Shown here piece after piece: positions 1-15,100 of a stretch of DNA of 64,000 bases (position 1 is the first letter of the stretch; every line of letters begins with the position of its first letter). The notes under the pieces were generated by a model. That model saw only the letters and a program-made list of their open reading frames with translations, had not been told where the DNA came from and searched no databases. This DNA is from Piromyces finnis finn (taxonomy: Eukaryota > Fungi > Neocallimastigomycota), in contig MCFH01000008.1 of NCBI GenBank assembly GCA_002104945.1, positions 248,001 through 312,000 of the forward strand, in the 5' to 3' direction. The translations under genes were made by a program, and so were the position numbers.

Positions 1-150
1 TATTCTTCAATCCTATAATTTAATATTATAATATAATTTATAATATTAATTAATTAAAACAAAAATATTTGTAATATAAATACATGACGAAAATAATTAT
101 TTGTGATTATAAATTAATAACATAATAGTAATATCAATCTTCATTTCAAC

Positions 151-2592
151 ATGGATGAACCAATCAACAATATTAACAACGAAAATGTCAATATAGACAA
201 TGCTAATCTCACTTTATTGAGATCAGAAAATGAGAATAATTCAGAAGCAGAAATGATTCCTTCAATGAACATGGATGAAAATAATGCTCCAATTTTTTCT
301 GGTAATGATGACATGGTTGGAAAAGATGAACAAAACTTATCTTCCCCGATAATGTATTACAATTATAATGGATTTATTCCATATCCCTATTTCCCAATGC
401 AAGCAGGAGCTGAAGGTTCTTATTTCCAACCAGTTCCAGCTCAAGTTCCTCATTCAGCTAATCCAGCTCAAAATCCAAACACTAATACGGTGTTCTCTTC
501 TTCACAATCATCACCAGTTGCTTCTTCAATGATTCCAATGAATAGAATTCCAAGCAACAGTTCAAATTCAACACCAACAAATGAGTCTCTTCCTCCAACT
601 TCTGTTCCAAATGGTATTCCTCCACCAACATCCAATCTTTCAGCATCTGGTATTCCTCCACCAATGGCTGCTATTCCAGCCATGCCACACATTCCATTTT
701 TCCCACTACCACAACTTTCACCATCACCAATGCCAATAATTCCATCTAATTTTAGTGTAGCTCAAGCATATCCTTCACCAAATCATGGTTTTGCTCCATT
801 AGTTTCTCCTATTAATCCTGGACCAGGACCAATGAATAGTCATCGTTTCCATTATGGAAAAGGTCAACGTCATATGGCATTTAATAATGGTAATGGAAAT
901 AATCCTCATTTTAATAAAAACAATCAACCAACCAATAATTTATATATTAAGGGTTTAAAGTCTGAAATAAATGATGAATCACTTCAAGATCTTTGTAAAG
1001 AGTAAGTATTTATTAATAAAATTTTTTATTGATAATAATTAATGATGATTTATATATATAATTTTTATTATATAAAGATGGGGTACTATTGTTTCTTCCA
1101 AGGCTATAATTGATAATAAAACTAATGAATGTAAGGGTTATGGTTTTGTTATGTATGAAACAGAAGACCAAGCTAAACAAGCTATGACTGAATTAAATAA
1201 CTTAGGTTATCAAGTATCATTTGCTAAGGAATCTTTCAGTACTCGTTTAAAGAATCTTCAAGATAATGTCACTACAAACATTTATATGTCTAATTTACCT
1301 TTAAATATGAATGAAGAAGTAATTATTAATAATAATTAATAGAAAACTGCATAATAATTAAATATATATTGATTTAAATTTTCTTTTATAATTTATATAT
1401 CATTTATTTATTTTCAATCAAACATTTTTTCACTATTTTATAATTATTACTAATATAATATATATATATACAATTTCTATTATTACTTTTATTCAAATAA
1501 TAAAGCAATTTTTAGAATTATTCCAACCATACAAGGTTATATCATCTATTATTTTATATGATCAAACTGGCGCAAGTAGAGGTGTAGGTTTAGCAAAGTT
1601 AGAAAATAGAGATGATGCTCAAGTTATTATTGATAAATATGCAAACACTATATTACCAGGAGGTAAAAATCCGTTACAAGTTCGTTTTGCTGACAGTGAA
1701 GCCCAAAAAAAATTAAAGGGACAAACTATTCACAAGAAAAACTATCGTAACAATCAGGATTATCATAATGTAAATTCATTTAATTGATTTCTTTTTATAT
1801 AAAAAGAATTTTAATGATGATCATCATTATCTTCATAATCATTATTTAATATATCATTAAATATTTATATATATTTTTAAAAAAAAATTTTATTTTAAAT
1901 ATTAAATTATGTTTAATTTTTAATATAAATCTAGCTACATCAAAGAGGTAATATTCCTTACTATAATCAAAATAGAGGAATGAATGCCTTTAATCCAAGA
2001 AAGTAAGTATTTATTAAAATGAAATCAAACTTTATATAAAATAGATATTAAACTATTTTAAAATACATATTTAAATAATATAAATAGTAAAATGCCATTC
2101 CCACCACAAATGGCTTATATGGCTCAACCAATGTGGCCTGTCATGGGTGATGCTCCAATACCAATGAGAATTAATAATCCATATATGATAAATCCTGCTA
2201 ATCCTATGAATCCACAACAACCACCTCTCCAAAATGGTATGATACAACCAAATATAGAACCACAAGAACCAATCAATATTAATGTTACTAATCAACCTAT
2301 TAATGATAATTCGATGAATATGAATCAAACTATAATAAATGATAATGAAAATGAGATGAATGAACCAAATTTCAAACCACTTTCACCAAGTAAAAATTTA
2401 AACCATCAAAGCATTGATTTTCCAGAAATCATAGATAACAATGCTGAAAAGAGTAATTAGAATTATTATCAATGATTTATTATAAAAATATCAAATTAAC
2501 ATTAATTTTAATACTGACATTTAACTATTATTTATCCTTAATATATTTTAATAGATTGTATAGCTTCAGCTGTTGAATCCAATATGGAATAA
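151..2592 (+). CDS. RNA-binding protein with two RRMs, RBMS/MSSP (shep)-like; Pro/Asn-rich termini; 6 exons
   Basis: Exons joined in frame at GT-AG sites: 151-1001, 1078-1318, 1506-1769, 1935-2002, 2088-~2452, 2564-2592. RRM1 reads TNNLYIKGL...EWGTIVSSKAIIDNKTNECKGYGFVMY. RRM2 reads TTNIYMSNLP...SRGVGLAKLE...LPGGKNPLQVRFADS. Both match the MSSP/RBMS RRM pattern. Confidence 0.8.
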
Positions 2593-3061
2593 ATAAAAAA
2601 ATTTTTTTTTTTTTTAATTCTCACATTTAATTATTATCATTTCACATTTTGTTTAATTCATGTTTTTTTTTTTTTTTTTTATTTGTTTGTTTGTTTCATA
2701 TTTGTAATTTTATTTTTAAAAAAAAAAGAAAAATTTTGTTTTTTAACTATGCTACTTTTTATTATTTTTTTATTTTATTTTTTGTTTTTTATTTTTTCGT
2801 AATTTACGAAGAAAAAAAAAAGTTTAATTTCATATTAAACATATATTACATATTGTTTTATTCATAATATTCAGTAATATGAATAATTTCACCTTTTTAA
2901 AATTTTATTTTAATATGTTTTTTTTATTTTTTTTTAAATCATCGCTTTTTTTTTTTTTTAGAATTTTAAAATAATCAAAGTATCTTTTTTTTCTATTTAT
3001 ATAAATGAAATGTTTAACATTGCATGCATTTATATGTAAGCAGTGTTTATTATTAAAAATT

Positions 3062-3105
<44 letters not shown>

Positions 3106-3562
3106 AAAATAAAAAATAAATATATAAATAAACAATAATATTGTTAGTCATAACAAAAATTATATAAAAGAAAATATAAAATTATATAACAAAGATAATA
3201 AAAACTATATTAAAAATTATAAAATAAATACTTATTAAACTACATGGCAAATTATTCTTTTTTTTTTTTTTACTTTATGGTATTAAATGTATTAAATGAA
3301 TAATGATAAATATTAATAAATAATATTTATTCAAGATCAAAATGCTTTCTTTCTATTTAATATGGAAAAAGACAAATTATTATATCTTTATAATTTTAAT
3401 GTTTTAATATTTATAATTTTTTTATTTACTTTTTTTTTTTTTTTCATTTCATTTTGTTTTATTTTTTTATTTTATTTTATTTTAATTTATTTATTTTTTT
3501 TTTTGTGAATTTTTATCTCCAATTTCTTATATTTAAATATTAACATTTTATTTTTATATCAA

Positions 3563-5120
3563 TTATAATTCGTCGACAATAGTTTTTATTACTTTTTCAG
3601 TTGTGGAAGCAATTGATGTAGTTACTGATGCGATAGTAGAGGTAAGAGATGTACTTGTGGTAGATAGTGATTGAGTAGTAGTCAAGGTAGATTTTGCTAT
3701 TTTTGATGATTTTACTGCATTTTTCATGGAGGAAGCGACAGCTGCGGCACCCTTTTTACTAAAAATTATTTTAGGAATCCAAATTCTTTTACCAATAATA
3801 TATATCACAGTAGATATGAAGAAGAAAAGACCTAAACCTAAAAGTATTTTATCTGTTAAATCACGACGTTTTAAACTTGCTACAACCTTTTTATTGGAAT
3901 CAAGGGTATTGCCATATTTCTTATATTCTTCAGTTGTCTTGGAAAGAGTAGATGTTGAATCATCTATAAAATTTAAAGTATTTAGTTTAATAAAATTCGA
4001 TTGAATATATTATCAAAATGAAATTGTTCTATATGTTTTTTAATAACCATACAATTCTATTTTTATGTATAAAATTTTATTTGAAAACTATACCTAATAT
4101 TTTTGATGTTTGTGAACTTTTTTGAACTTCTTCAGTTAACATTTGAACGGCAAATCTTAATGAATCAGTTAATTCTTCATGTCCTTTTAATAATGATTTA
4201 TTATTTGCTCTTTTATATATATTTACATTATTATAATATTCATTTTAAATATATTGTAAAAAAGGAAATTTTTATATATACAATATAATAATTGAGAGTA
4301 ATAAAAGAAATTTAATAAATTGGAATAAAATAATTTTTAATTGATAATATTATAGCCTAAAAATAGAATTATGAATTTACTTTGGTTTTCTACTTCTAAT
4401 ATTTTGACCTTTACTATCTTTAAAAAGTTCTTCTCTTTCTTTAAGAATCTCCATATTCATTTGTTGTTTAGCCATTTGATTTGCTTTGACAAGTGTTAAT
4501 TTAAGTCTTATTATTATTTAATTTCACAAAATATAAAAAGTACAAAAAAAAAAAAATTAATTTTACTAATTTTTATAATAGTTTAAAGTTAAAGTATAAA
4601 GAGAAAAAAAAAAAAAGAGGGGGAGGTGGAATAAATGATATTTGATATTTGATATTTTAATTATGAGAATTATTTAAAATGAATAAAACATTATTTATAA
4701 ATTAAACTTACTGTTTGTAATTATCTTTTAACTTTTCTAATTTACTTATCATTTGTTTTTCTACGACACCTTCATCTTGTTCATGAGCAAGTTCATATCC
4801 TTCCTTTTTATTATTTTTTTTAAATGATTGTATATATAAATAATTAATTAATATATTAAATACTTTTATTGTTATATATATATATATAATTAATGTAAAT
4901 GTAAATGTGAAATCATTTACTTTAATGAAATTTTCTTTATACTTACTGAAATTAAACTATCATATTGTTTTAATAAATAATTTATAGAATTATTAAGACG
5001 GTTAATTTCGGTTAATGGTCCATTGGAAACATTTAATTCTGTAATTTTATTTTCAATTTGCATTTCTATTCTTGAAAGATTTTCAAAATGCTTTCGAACT
5101 TCAAATGGAAATGTATTCAT
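3563..5120 (-). CDS. SEC20: ER Qb-SNARE Sec20 (BNIP1 family), about 5 exons
   Basis: Spliced minus-strand reading gives KANQMAKQQMNMEILKEREELF...EELTDSLRFAVQMLTEEVQKSSQTSKILDDSTSTLSKTTEEYKKYGNTLDSNKKVVASLKRRDLTDKILLGLGLFFFISTVIYIIGKRIW. This is the Sec20 domain plus TM anchor, followed by a Ser/Thr-rich tail ending IVDEL*. Confidence 0.85.
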
Positions 5121-6264
5121 TTTTTTTAACTATTGTTTATTTCTCTTTAAATAAAAATTTATTATTGTTGGTATTTTTAATAATTACAATACTATTGTTG
5201 TTGTTGTTGTTGTTGTTATTTCTCTTTTATTATTAATATTATTTTGTATTGAAAAATGAAAATTATTATTAAAAAATTTTACTATCTTTTAAAAATAACT
5301 TTCTTTTTTATTATAAATAATAATAAATGTTAAAGATAATTTTTTAAAATTTTCTGTTTATATTTATTTAATTGGAATTTTAAAAGCTTTATTTTGAGTA
5401 TATATTATAATATTCAATTTACTATTTCCTTTTTTTTTTTTGCCTTTACTTTTAAGCTTTTTTTTTTGTTCATTTTTAGTTGATTTATAATATTTAATCT
5501 ATGTATGTTGTCAATAGAATAAAATAAATTTGTGTTGTATGAGATTAATCACGTGTTAAACATTAAACTATGATTAATGAATATAATTAAATTTACTAAC
5601 GAAAAGATGAAAGAGAATGTAAGTAATGGACACGCTATACCTTTTTTTTTTTTTTTTTATTTTATTTTCTTTTTAATATTTTGATAGTTTTTTATTATAT
5701 TTAAAAGTGTATATTTTACAGTGTATTTTACAGTTATTATAAAAACTGTAAAAGAATAAAAAAAAAAAAAATAAATATGTAATTGGGTAAGTAACCAATT
5801 TAATGTACAAAACAAAATGATAGAATGATCTTTTAACTTTATATATGATAAATGATTCTTTTTTTTTTAAAAAAAAATTAAGATCATTATCAAATTATTA
5901 AAATAAAAAAAAAAAATAAAAAAAAAAAAATAAAAAATAAAATAAAAAATAAAATAAAATAAAACTTAATAATTTATTCTATTCATATTATAATGTAATA
6001 AATTTACTTTGGTTAATTGTAAAATAAAATATAAAACTCTAGAAAATAATGGTATCTTTTACATATATATATATATGTAACTATATTAAATTTTGTTTTT
6101 AAAATTCTAAGCGTAAAATATATAAAATAATATTAAAATTTTATAAATTATTTAAACTGTATTCTTTTTTTTTTTTTAATGAAAATCTTAATAAAGAATG
6201 GAATATATACATTATATTATAAAATGTATAGTTGAAGATAAAGTTGTTTTTTTTTTTTTTTGAC

Positions 6265-8179
6265 TTAAATAATGAATTTTAATAAATCTTGTTTTTTCTT
6301 TTGAATTTGGTTAATATCCCCTCCCGAATTAATTAATATTTTTGAACAAAATATATATAATTCAATGTATTTTGAAATTAATTTAATTTCTTCATAATTT
6401 GGTTCACAATCACATGAATATGACTTATGACGTACACACTCTTCAAATTTTAAAAATGTAAAATAACACTCGGGTTTATCTCCTTTCTTTTTTAATATAT
6501 AATATACTTTGTCCCATACATTTAAAATAAGAATAGTCACATAACATATTATTCCAGTAAAATAGGTAAATAAGATGTATGTAGAAGTACTATTAAATAT
6601 TGAAACATAACTTATTAGCTGGTTGGATAGATAAATAGTTAAATATATAAATGAATATTAGTAAATTTATAATATCATATTTTGTAATATAAAAATAAAA
6701 ATATTATTTTTTTTTTTTATAATTACATCAATAAATGGTCCTAATGTAATCCATATTAATAATGAATATCCCAAAGATTTAATATGTTTAAAAACAAAGA
6801 CATAATTCCATATTTTTATTACTTTTAATATGAGAATAAAAATTATTGCCATTTCTACGCCATTGCTTAATAAATTAAATCTTTTTAATGGACAGTTATA
6901 TCTCCATTTTCCATTATTATCTTGAATATCTGGTAGTTGATTTTCACTATAGAATACAATTACAGTAACTATTGTAATTAATGATAAGAAAAGTATTAAT
7001 AACAATTCTATATGAAGTATATATATATATTTTGTTTTTTTATTGATAATCTTTAAATTATTATCATGAATACTGTTAAATTGCGAATCTTTATTACTAT
7101 TATCGTTATTATTTTCTATTTCTATTATATTGTGTGAAGAAGATCTATTATATGTTGTATTAAATAAATTTAGTTGTTTTTCCATATCTTTTAAAATTAT
7201 TTCTTCTACTGCCATCGAAGATCTAAATTGTTTTGATTTTTTTTTATCGTTTCTGTTTTGAGATTCGTTTTGTTGTAAGGTTGTTAGTGTTTTTTCCATT
7301 TCATGGTAATAATTCATTCCTAATTCACCCTCCGTAAATAAAAATAAGGTATATACATTTAATATAGTAATAATTCCAGTATGTTTAAATAAAATATTGA
7401 ATGAACAGCCTTTATAATTTTCAAAAAAATTAAAATAAGGACTAATAAAATAGAGAAGTAATCCAATGATTATTGTTAATATTTTAATACAACCAGTGTC
7501 ATAAATAATTGCTTTATTTTTATTGACTATAATAAAAATACTGTTCATTATTAGAAACGTTATAATAGGGATATTAAACATTTTTATGTATTTCAAGTAG
7601 CTATTTCATTATACAATGTTATATTAATTTTCAAAATTTAATAAATATTAATATCAATATTAAAATTAATTATGATGGAAGTATATAATATTTTAAACTA
7701 CTAATTAAAAAAAAAAAAAATCTATGATGATAATGCTTTACCTGAATTCTATATATGTCTTTTGATCACACTTTTCACCTTCCCATCCTATATTACATGA
7801 ACATTTATTTAATTCTTTTATATTTTTTAGATTATTTTCACCAGCAATGCAATATGCTTTTTCTTCGGTAACAGGACAATCATCCACACAAACTGGCTCT
7901 TCACAATAAAAATACCTTTTTTTTTCATATTTATTATGCCTATATTCCTTAAAATTTTTTATTTTATTTTCTGTACAATCCCTGATAGTAATGTTTAAAA
8001 AGTCATATTGTGACTGATATACATTTTTTTGATTATCACTTAAATATATTTGTAAACGTGTAGTAACAGGCTTATATGAATAAACCTTTAAGTTGTTTAA
8101 TATACATTTACCTTTTTGATTTCAATCATATTTATATTATTATATAATTATATTATACAAAATTATTATTATGTTATAT

Positions 8180-8212
<33 letters not shown>

Positions 8213-9265
8213 CATTATTTTCATATTTATATATATTAAAATATTAGTATTAAAATTTACCCTTTAAAAAAGTGCACACATTTCCAATTACTTTATATTC
8301 ATTGTCATCATCATTTAAACTAACATTCAAATTTATATTGGAATATAATTTTGATAGATCGATAACTTCCTGTATAAATTTATCATAAAGACTAAATTCA
8401 ATATTGATTGATTCACCACCTATGATTTCAAAATGGTTTGATTTTTCTGAATTTAGTTTAATAATATATGGATTTGTAGCGTAATTATTTCCGTGAGATT
8501 CAGAAAGATTATTTTCAAAACTTATTTGTTCATCTTTATCATAATTTTCAAAATTTAATGGTAGATTTGATATAGTATTATTTATATACATTCCTCCACC
8601 AGCGTATGCTTTATTATTATTTATTTTTACATTATTAAAAAATGTATTATTTAAATTGATATAATCAAAAAATATTCCACCTCCAAAATATGTAGCTTTA
8701 TTATTTTTAACTTGGATATCTCTTATTTCTATTCTATTATTGTTATTATTTGAACTTAGATATATTGCACCACCATTCACAGCATAATTATTTTCAAATA
8801 TACTCGACTCTATTTTCAAATTTAAACTATCACTTTCTATAATACACCTGAGTTTCATTATAAATATTTTCATTAGACGTCAACAATATTATATTAGTAT
8901 TAATATATTTAATAAAATTTTTATTGAAAATTAAAAGAATATTGTTTAAAAATTATTATATATTTATTAATAATAATAATAATAATGATATATAATTTTA
9001 TTGTACTATATAATTATTATGTTATATATTATGTTACTTACAATGATCCACCATTACTTTTATTACTATTATTTTTAAATTCAGTATCTTTAATAGTTAT
9101 ATTCACCCTATTATAATTTGAAAATATACCACATTTATAAGAATGTATATTGTCATTATTTTTTATTGAGCTATTGGTTATACTAAATTCCGACTGATGA
9201 TATTATCCAAAAAAAAAAATTATAATTAGTATTATAGAGAGAGATTATTTTTATTAAAAAATAAA

Positions 9266-9299
<34 letters not shown>

Positions 9300-9306
9300 T
9301 TCTGTT

Positions 9307-9341
<35 letters not shown>

Positions 9342-11351
9342 ATTTAGTTACGTTTTCTAAAACTAACATTTAATGACTCATTATTTAATATGGATCCGTA
9401 AGACGTATTCTCGGAGATACTTATATTTAAAAACTTTATATTTGACATTTCTCCCCTTAATTTAATTAAATCACCGTTCGACTTACATTTATTAATAATT
9501 GTATTTTTAATATTTATATTATTTCCATATATACTGGATTCAACAGTAATTAGAGAAGAATCATTAATACTTCCATTACATAAAATATTACTAAATGTAC
9601 AATGATTCAAAGTAATAGAATTATAAATTACATAGAGTAATGATTTTGAAATTGTCTCTATATTTTCAAAAGCGACATTTTCAAATATATATTCAGCTTC
9701 TTCTCCAATTAAACCTGATTTTTGAGACCTATTAAAATAAGTATATGATAATCGATCGGTTAATTAAATACCTTTTTTTTTTATTTAAATATTTAAAGTG
9801 TAAGCGTAAATAACGATATAATACTTTATATTTTTAAAAATTGTATCTTTAATTGAAATACTTGAATGAATTGAATTTAATATTACTGGATATGGTACTC
9901 TACTAGAAATGTTATAAAACTGAGAATTTGAAATTGAAGCAATATTATTATAGCCATACAGTAATGAACTTATACCTATTTAAAAATACTTTATATTTAA
10001 AAAAATATTTCCAATATCTATTTAAACATTCGTATAATAATAGGATAATACTGTACCGTTAAATTTAGTATTTTTAATTTTTAAAAATTCCTTATTTTTT
10101 TCTTTAATTGACTTTAAAAAAATTAAATATCCATATTGGGAATAACAATTTTTAAGATTTGAATCAATTAATCTATTGTAATAAATAAATTCGAAAATTA
10201 ATAATTCCATATATTATTTTTTATATTCCATTATATCAATAATATGTAATATTTTATTATATAAATTTTTATTACTCTAATTTTGTTAGAGATAGGGAGA
10301 AAAATGGTTTATATAATTTAACATAACTGTCTTCTATTGTAGAATTTTTAAATGTTATTTTACTTCCATAGGTATTTGAATTTAAAAAAGAGCTTGGATA
10401 GTCAACATCTCCATATATATTTTTAAAAATACCTTTTTTTTTTTATAAAAAAGCATTTAACATTTATGATAATTAAAAAATTAGTAATATTATTTTCATA
10501 TAATATTGTTTATACATATTTATATTTATATTAATTACAATTTTCAAAAACAACATTTCCATAACTAGAATCACCGATATATTTATTATTTTCAAAATAA
10601 CATTCTTTAAAATGCGTATTGAAACAGTCATACGATTGAAATACCTTAGTACTATAGAAATCTCTAGAATCAATAATTTGTTCCAGATTACTATATAGTA
10701 TATATAGATCATAAAGTTTTTAAAGAGAAATATATAATTGAAAAGTTAACATAAGATAAAAATAAACGGATTATTAATCATTTTTGAAGAAACTTACATA
10801 AATTTACAATTATTGAATGATATTTGTGGTGAAGACTGATTATTCTTTATACATTGAACATTTAATTGGACTACACTATTATAGGTATCTGTGAAGGTAC
10901 AATTTTTAAATTCGACAGAAAAGTTATTTGAATCATCAGAGGGATCAATTATTAGCATATTCGAGTTTTTGTATTGAGAGCTAAAAAAATTGGTAAATTT
11001 TATATTTTCAAAAACTATTTTGATATTTTTATCGGTTTGAAAATGAAATACAAAATTAGATATATAAGAAGTTTGATAATTAAATGTAGCACCGTTTTTA
11101 CTATAGAAAGTTAATGAATGACTAAGAGTAAAATGATTTTGACCATTTTGAGGAATATAATAAGTTTCATCATTGAATACTGCCCGAATCGACCCCACTT
11201 TTGATAATTCGGTTATTTTCTTTCCAATATTATCTAGATTACTATAATCTGTATTTTTAATATTTATTTCACGCACTACATCTTTACAAACAACACCATA
11301 TAATATAAAGAGGATTACTATGATAAAAATATATTTATTTTTTATAATCAT
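6265..11351 (-). CDS. Receptor A: signal peptide, right-handed beta-helix (pectin-lyase-like/Pmp-repeat) ectodomain, EGF-like domain, class C GPCR-like 7TM; multi-exon
   Basis: Signal peptide MIIKNKYIFIIVILFILYGVVC (ORF 10794-11351). FxxN and GGAIY/GGGIF/GGGMY repeats (ORF 8250-8873). Cys-rich EGF exon at ~7740-7985 (CEEPVCVDDCPV...CSCNIGWEGEKC). Hydrophobic TM exons 6667-7596 and 6265-6540. Internal exon boundaries are only partly resolved. Confidence 0.75.
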
Positions 11352-11439
11352 TATATTTCACACAACTATTATATTATATTGATAAAATAACTTTTATATT
11401 TAAACATAATTATCATATCTATTTTATCTATTTATTTCC

Positions 11440-11472
<33 letters not shown>

Positions 11473-12124
11473 TATTATTATTATTATTTTCTATAGCTAA
11501 AAAGCAATGACAACTTTAAACTACATGTAATTTTTATTTTATATTTATTATACTTATAATTCATTCATTTTATATATATAAACAAATACTTCAATTTAAT
11601 TGAATTATATATAGTTTTTATTTTCCATGTTCAAATCATAATTTTATTTATTAAGATTAATAAAATCCTTAAACTTAATATTATTAAATAAAAAAAAAAG
11701 TATTATAAATAATTTTTTTTAAAGATATTATAAATAGTATTAAAAGTGTAGTATAAACTTTATTTTAATAATTATGAAGATTTCTTTATTTATATTAGAT
11801 AAGGAATATTATTTTACAGATTCATTTGCCTTTACATATAGAAATGGAATAGGATTCCATAAAATTTTGTATAATATTCCTCCTACTTTCACAAAAAAAA
11901 AAAAAAAATTACTATATATTAAATACAGTTTTGTTTTAATAGTAATTACATTATTATGGGTTATATATATATATATTTCCATCAAGTAAATAATGGATTG
12001 ATAAAAAGTTGTTGTAAGAATTATTTTATATTTAACTTTTTACTCTCATAATTGTATTTATTAATTTATTACATAAATAAAATCTTAATCCTAACAAAAA
12101 GTATTAATATTACTGGCAGGAAAT

Positions 12125-15100
12125 TTATTCAATAATAAATTTCAATAGTTCCTTCTTTTCTTTAATAACATTCTTTATATTACCATGCGAATAAATAATA
12201 ATATTATAATAAAATCTATAAAATATGATGTAATTTGCTATTAAAAAATTATCTTTTTGTGTTATTTTACAGTTACAAGTATATGATTTATGATGTAAAC
12301 ATTTCTCTGGTTTTAAAGAAATAAAATAGTATTTTGGTTCATTTCCTTTTTTTTTAATTATATAATATACTCTATCCCATATAAATATAATCAATAAAGG
12401 AAAATAGCATAATATTCCTGTGATAAAATTAAAAAAATTATAAGATTTTGTTGATATTCCTTTGAAAAATAAAAATGTATAACTTATTATCTTTAGTGTT
12501 TTTATAATATATAATAATAATATTTATGGGGAGAAGTAAATATATATATATATATATTAATAAAATATTAATAAAATAAAAAAAAAAAAAAAAAAAGATT
12601 TACAAAATAAATAAAAATTATATTTACATTAGATAAAGGTCCTAAGGTAACTAATATTATAATTGAATATCCTATATTTTTTAAACTCTTAAAAATAAAT
12701 ACATAATTTCTTACTTTTTTGACTTTTACCAATGTATAAATAACATAAAAGAATTCAATAATATTCATTACAAAGTTTAACTTATATAATGGACATTCAT
12801 ATACCCATTTTCCATTTTTATCTTGAATAAAATTATCACCACCATATTTAGAATTATTTTTCATTATCAATGTTATTAAAATAAAGGATAATATAACTAT
12901 ATAAATTAATATAAATTCAATATTTAATGTATAAAGCGTAACTGTTTTTTTATTTAGAATATCTGTGTAAGTGTTATACAGTTCAGTCGCTAGATTTGAC
13001 GTTGATGAAGAAAAGGAATCATTACTATAACTGGAAATACCAGAATTACTGTTAAATATTTTTCTGGAAATATCATTAAATATTTTGAGTTCTCGTTCAA
13101 TTCTATATAATATTTTTTCTTCCAATGTCATTTCATATTTTTCAAATTTTGAAGCTAAACTTTTACTCAAATCACTATATTTTTGATGTTTTTCACTAAA
13201 TTGACTCTCACTCAGATGTATATTATCTTTTTTTATTTGTTCATAATCTATCCCTAACACATCCCCAGTGGAAATATATATATTTAATATTAAATACATC
13301 AATATTACTCCACTATGTTTGAAAATAACTTTTATTGAGCAATCTTGATAATTTGAAAAGGAATTGAAATTAAGACTTGTGAAATAAAGCAACATACCCA
13401 GTAATAATAATTCGGTGTTTAAATATCCATTACATTCTATTATTTTTTGTTTTTTAAATATCGTAATGAATATCATAATAAGTATAGTAATAATGGCTAT
13501 AGGAACATTAATTACGTGAATATATTTAATATAACTTTTATTTTTTTTTTTAGAAATAACCATTAATATAAAAAGTTCAAATAGAAAAGTTAAATTTTAA
13601 ATTTTTTTTTTTTATTTTATAAAATGAATATATAAAATTACCTCAAATCTTCATAATTCCTATTTTGACATTTACTTCCAATCCATCCCTGTAAACATTC
13701 ACAATGATTATTTTTTATATCATTAGAATTTATATCTTCTCCTTTCATACAAATAGCTTTGTTATCGTTCACTGGGCAATCATCCTCACATCTTGGAATT
13801 TCACAATAAAATATCTTATTCTTAAATATTTTAATTTGTTCTTCCTTACATTCATGAATAGATATATTTAAATAATTGTAATTAAATTTTATATCATAAT
13901 TCTCTAATTCAAACTTCACATTTAAAAGTGTTGCCTTTGAAACATAAATTCTGAAATCCTTAATTTCACATTTACCTAAAATAATGATTTAAATATTTTA
14001 AACTTTTATATTAATTTTATATATTAAAAAAAATAAATAAAAAAAAAAAAAAAAGGATAAAAAATATAAACATTTCATTCTAATAGATACTAATGTTTAA
14101 TATACCATCATAATAAAAATATACCTTTGGAAAAATAGCACATGTCATTACTTAATATAATTATATTATCTTCTTCTTCTTCTTCCTGGTTATACCGAAA
14201 TACTCTTAAATTCATATTTTGATACATTCTTGATATATCATAAACTGTTTGATTAAAATTATCAAGCAATTCAAAATCTAAAGGTAATAATTCACCACTA
14301 TACAATTTATTTTTAATGTATTCTTCATTAACTTTTATTATATAAGGTTGAGTAGCATAATTATTACCATGTGATTCTGAAGTATTATTAATAAATTTCA
14401 CATCAAACGATTTTGAATCAATTAGTGTATTATTAGATTCTGAATATACAATATATATAGCACCTCCAGCATACGCATAGTTTTCATTGAATTCTACATT
14501 TGTTATTTTTAAATTTTTAAAATTTGAAAAATTTGAATATATTGAACCCCCAAAATATTTAGATTTATTTTTTATAAACTTGGTATCTAATAATTCTATT
14601 AAAGAATTTTCATAATCAAGTGATTTTGAATTTATATAAATGGCAGCGCCATTTAATGCTTGATTTCTTTCGAAAAGACAGGACTTGATTTTAATATTTA
14701 AACTATTATTATTTATAAAACTCCTATAGTAGATGAATATTAAAAAAAAAAAATAATTATTATTCAAATATTTATACTTTTTTTTTTCCCATATAATAAA
14801 TAAGAAAAAAAAACGTACAATGTTCCGCCATTATATTTCAATATATTATTTATAAAGTTTGATTTAGTTATGCATACATTTGCATTATTATAATTTGAAA
14901 TTAATCCAAATTTATATTTATTAATATTTTTATTATCTGAAAATGTACTATTATTTATATTAAATATTGACTAAATATAAAAAAGAAAAGAGTTGTTAGA
15001 ATATGCAAATATTAATAACAATATTTATATATATTTAATATTATCACAATTCTTTTAATTTACATTTAGTGCTCTATTATCTACTAGGGATCCATAGATA

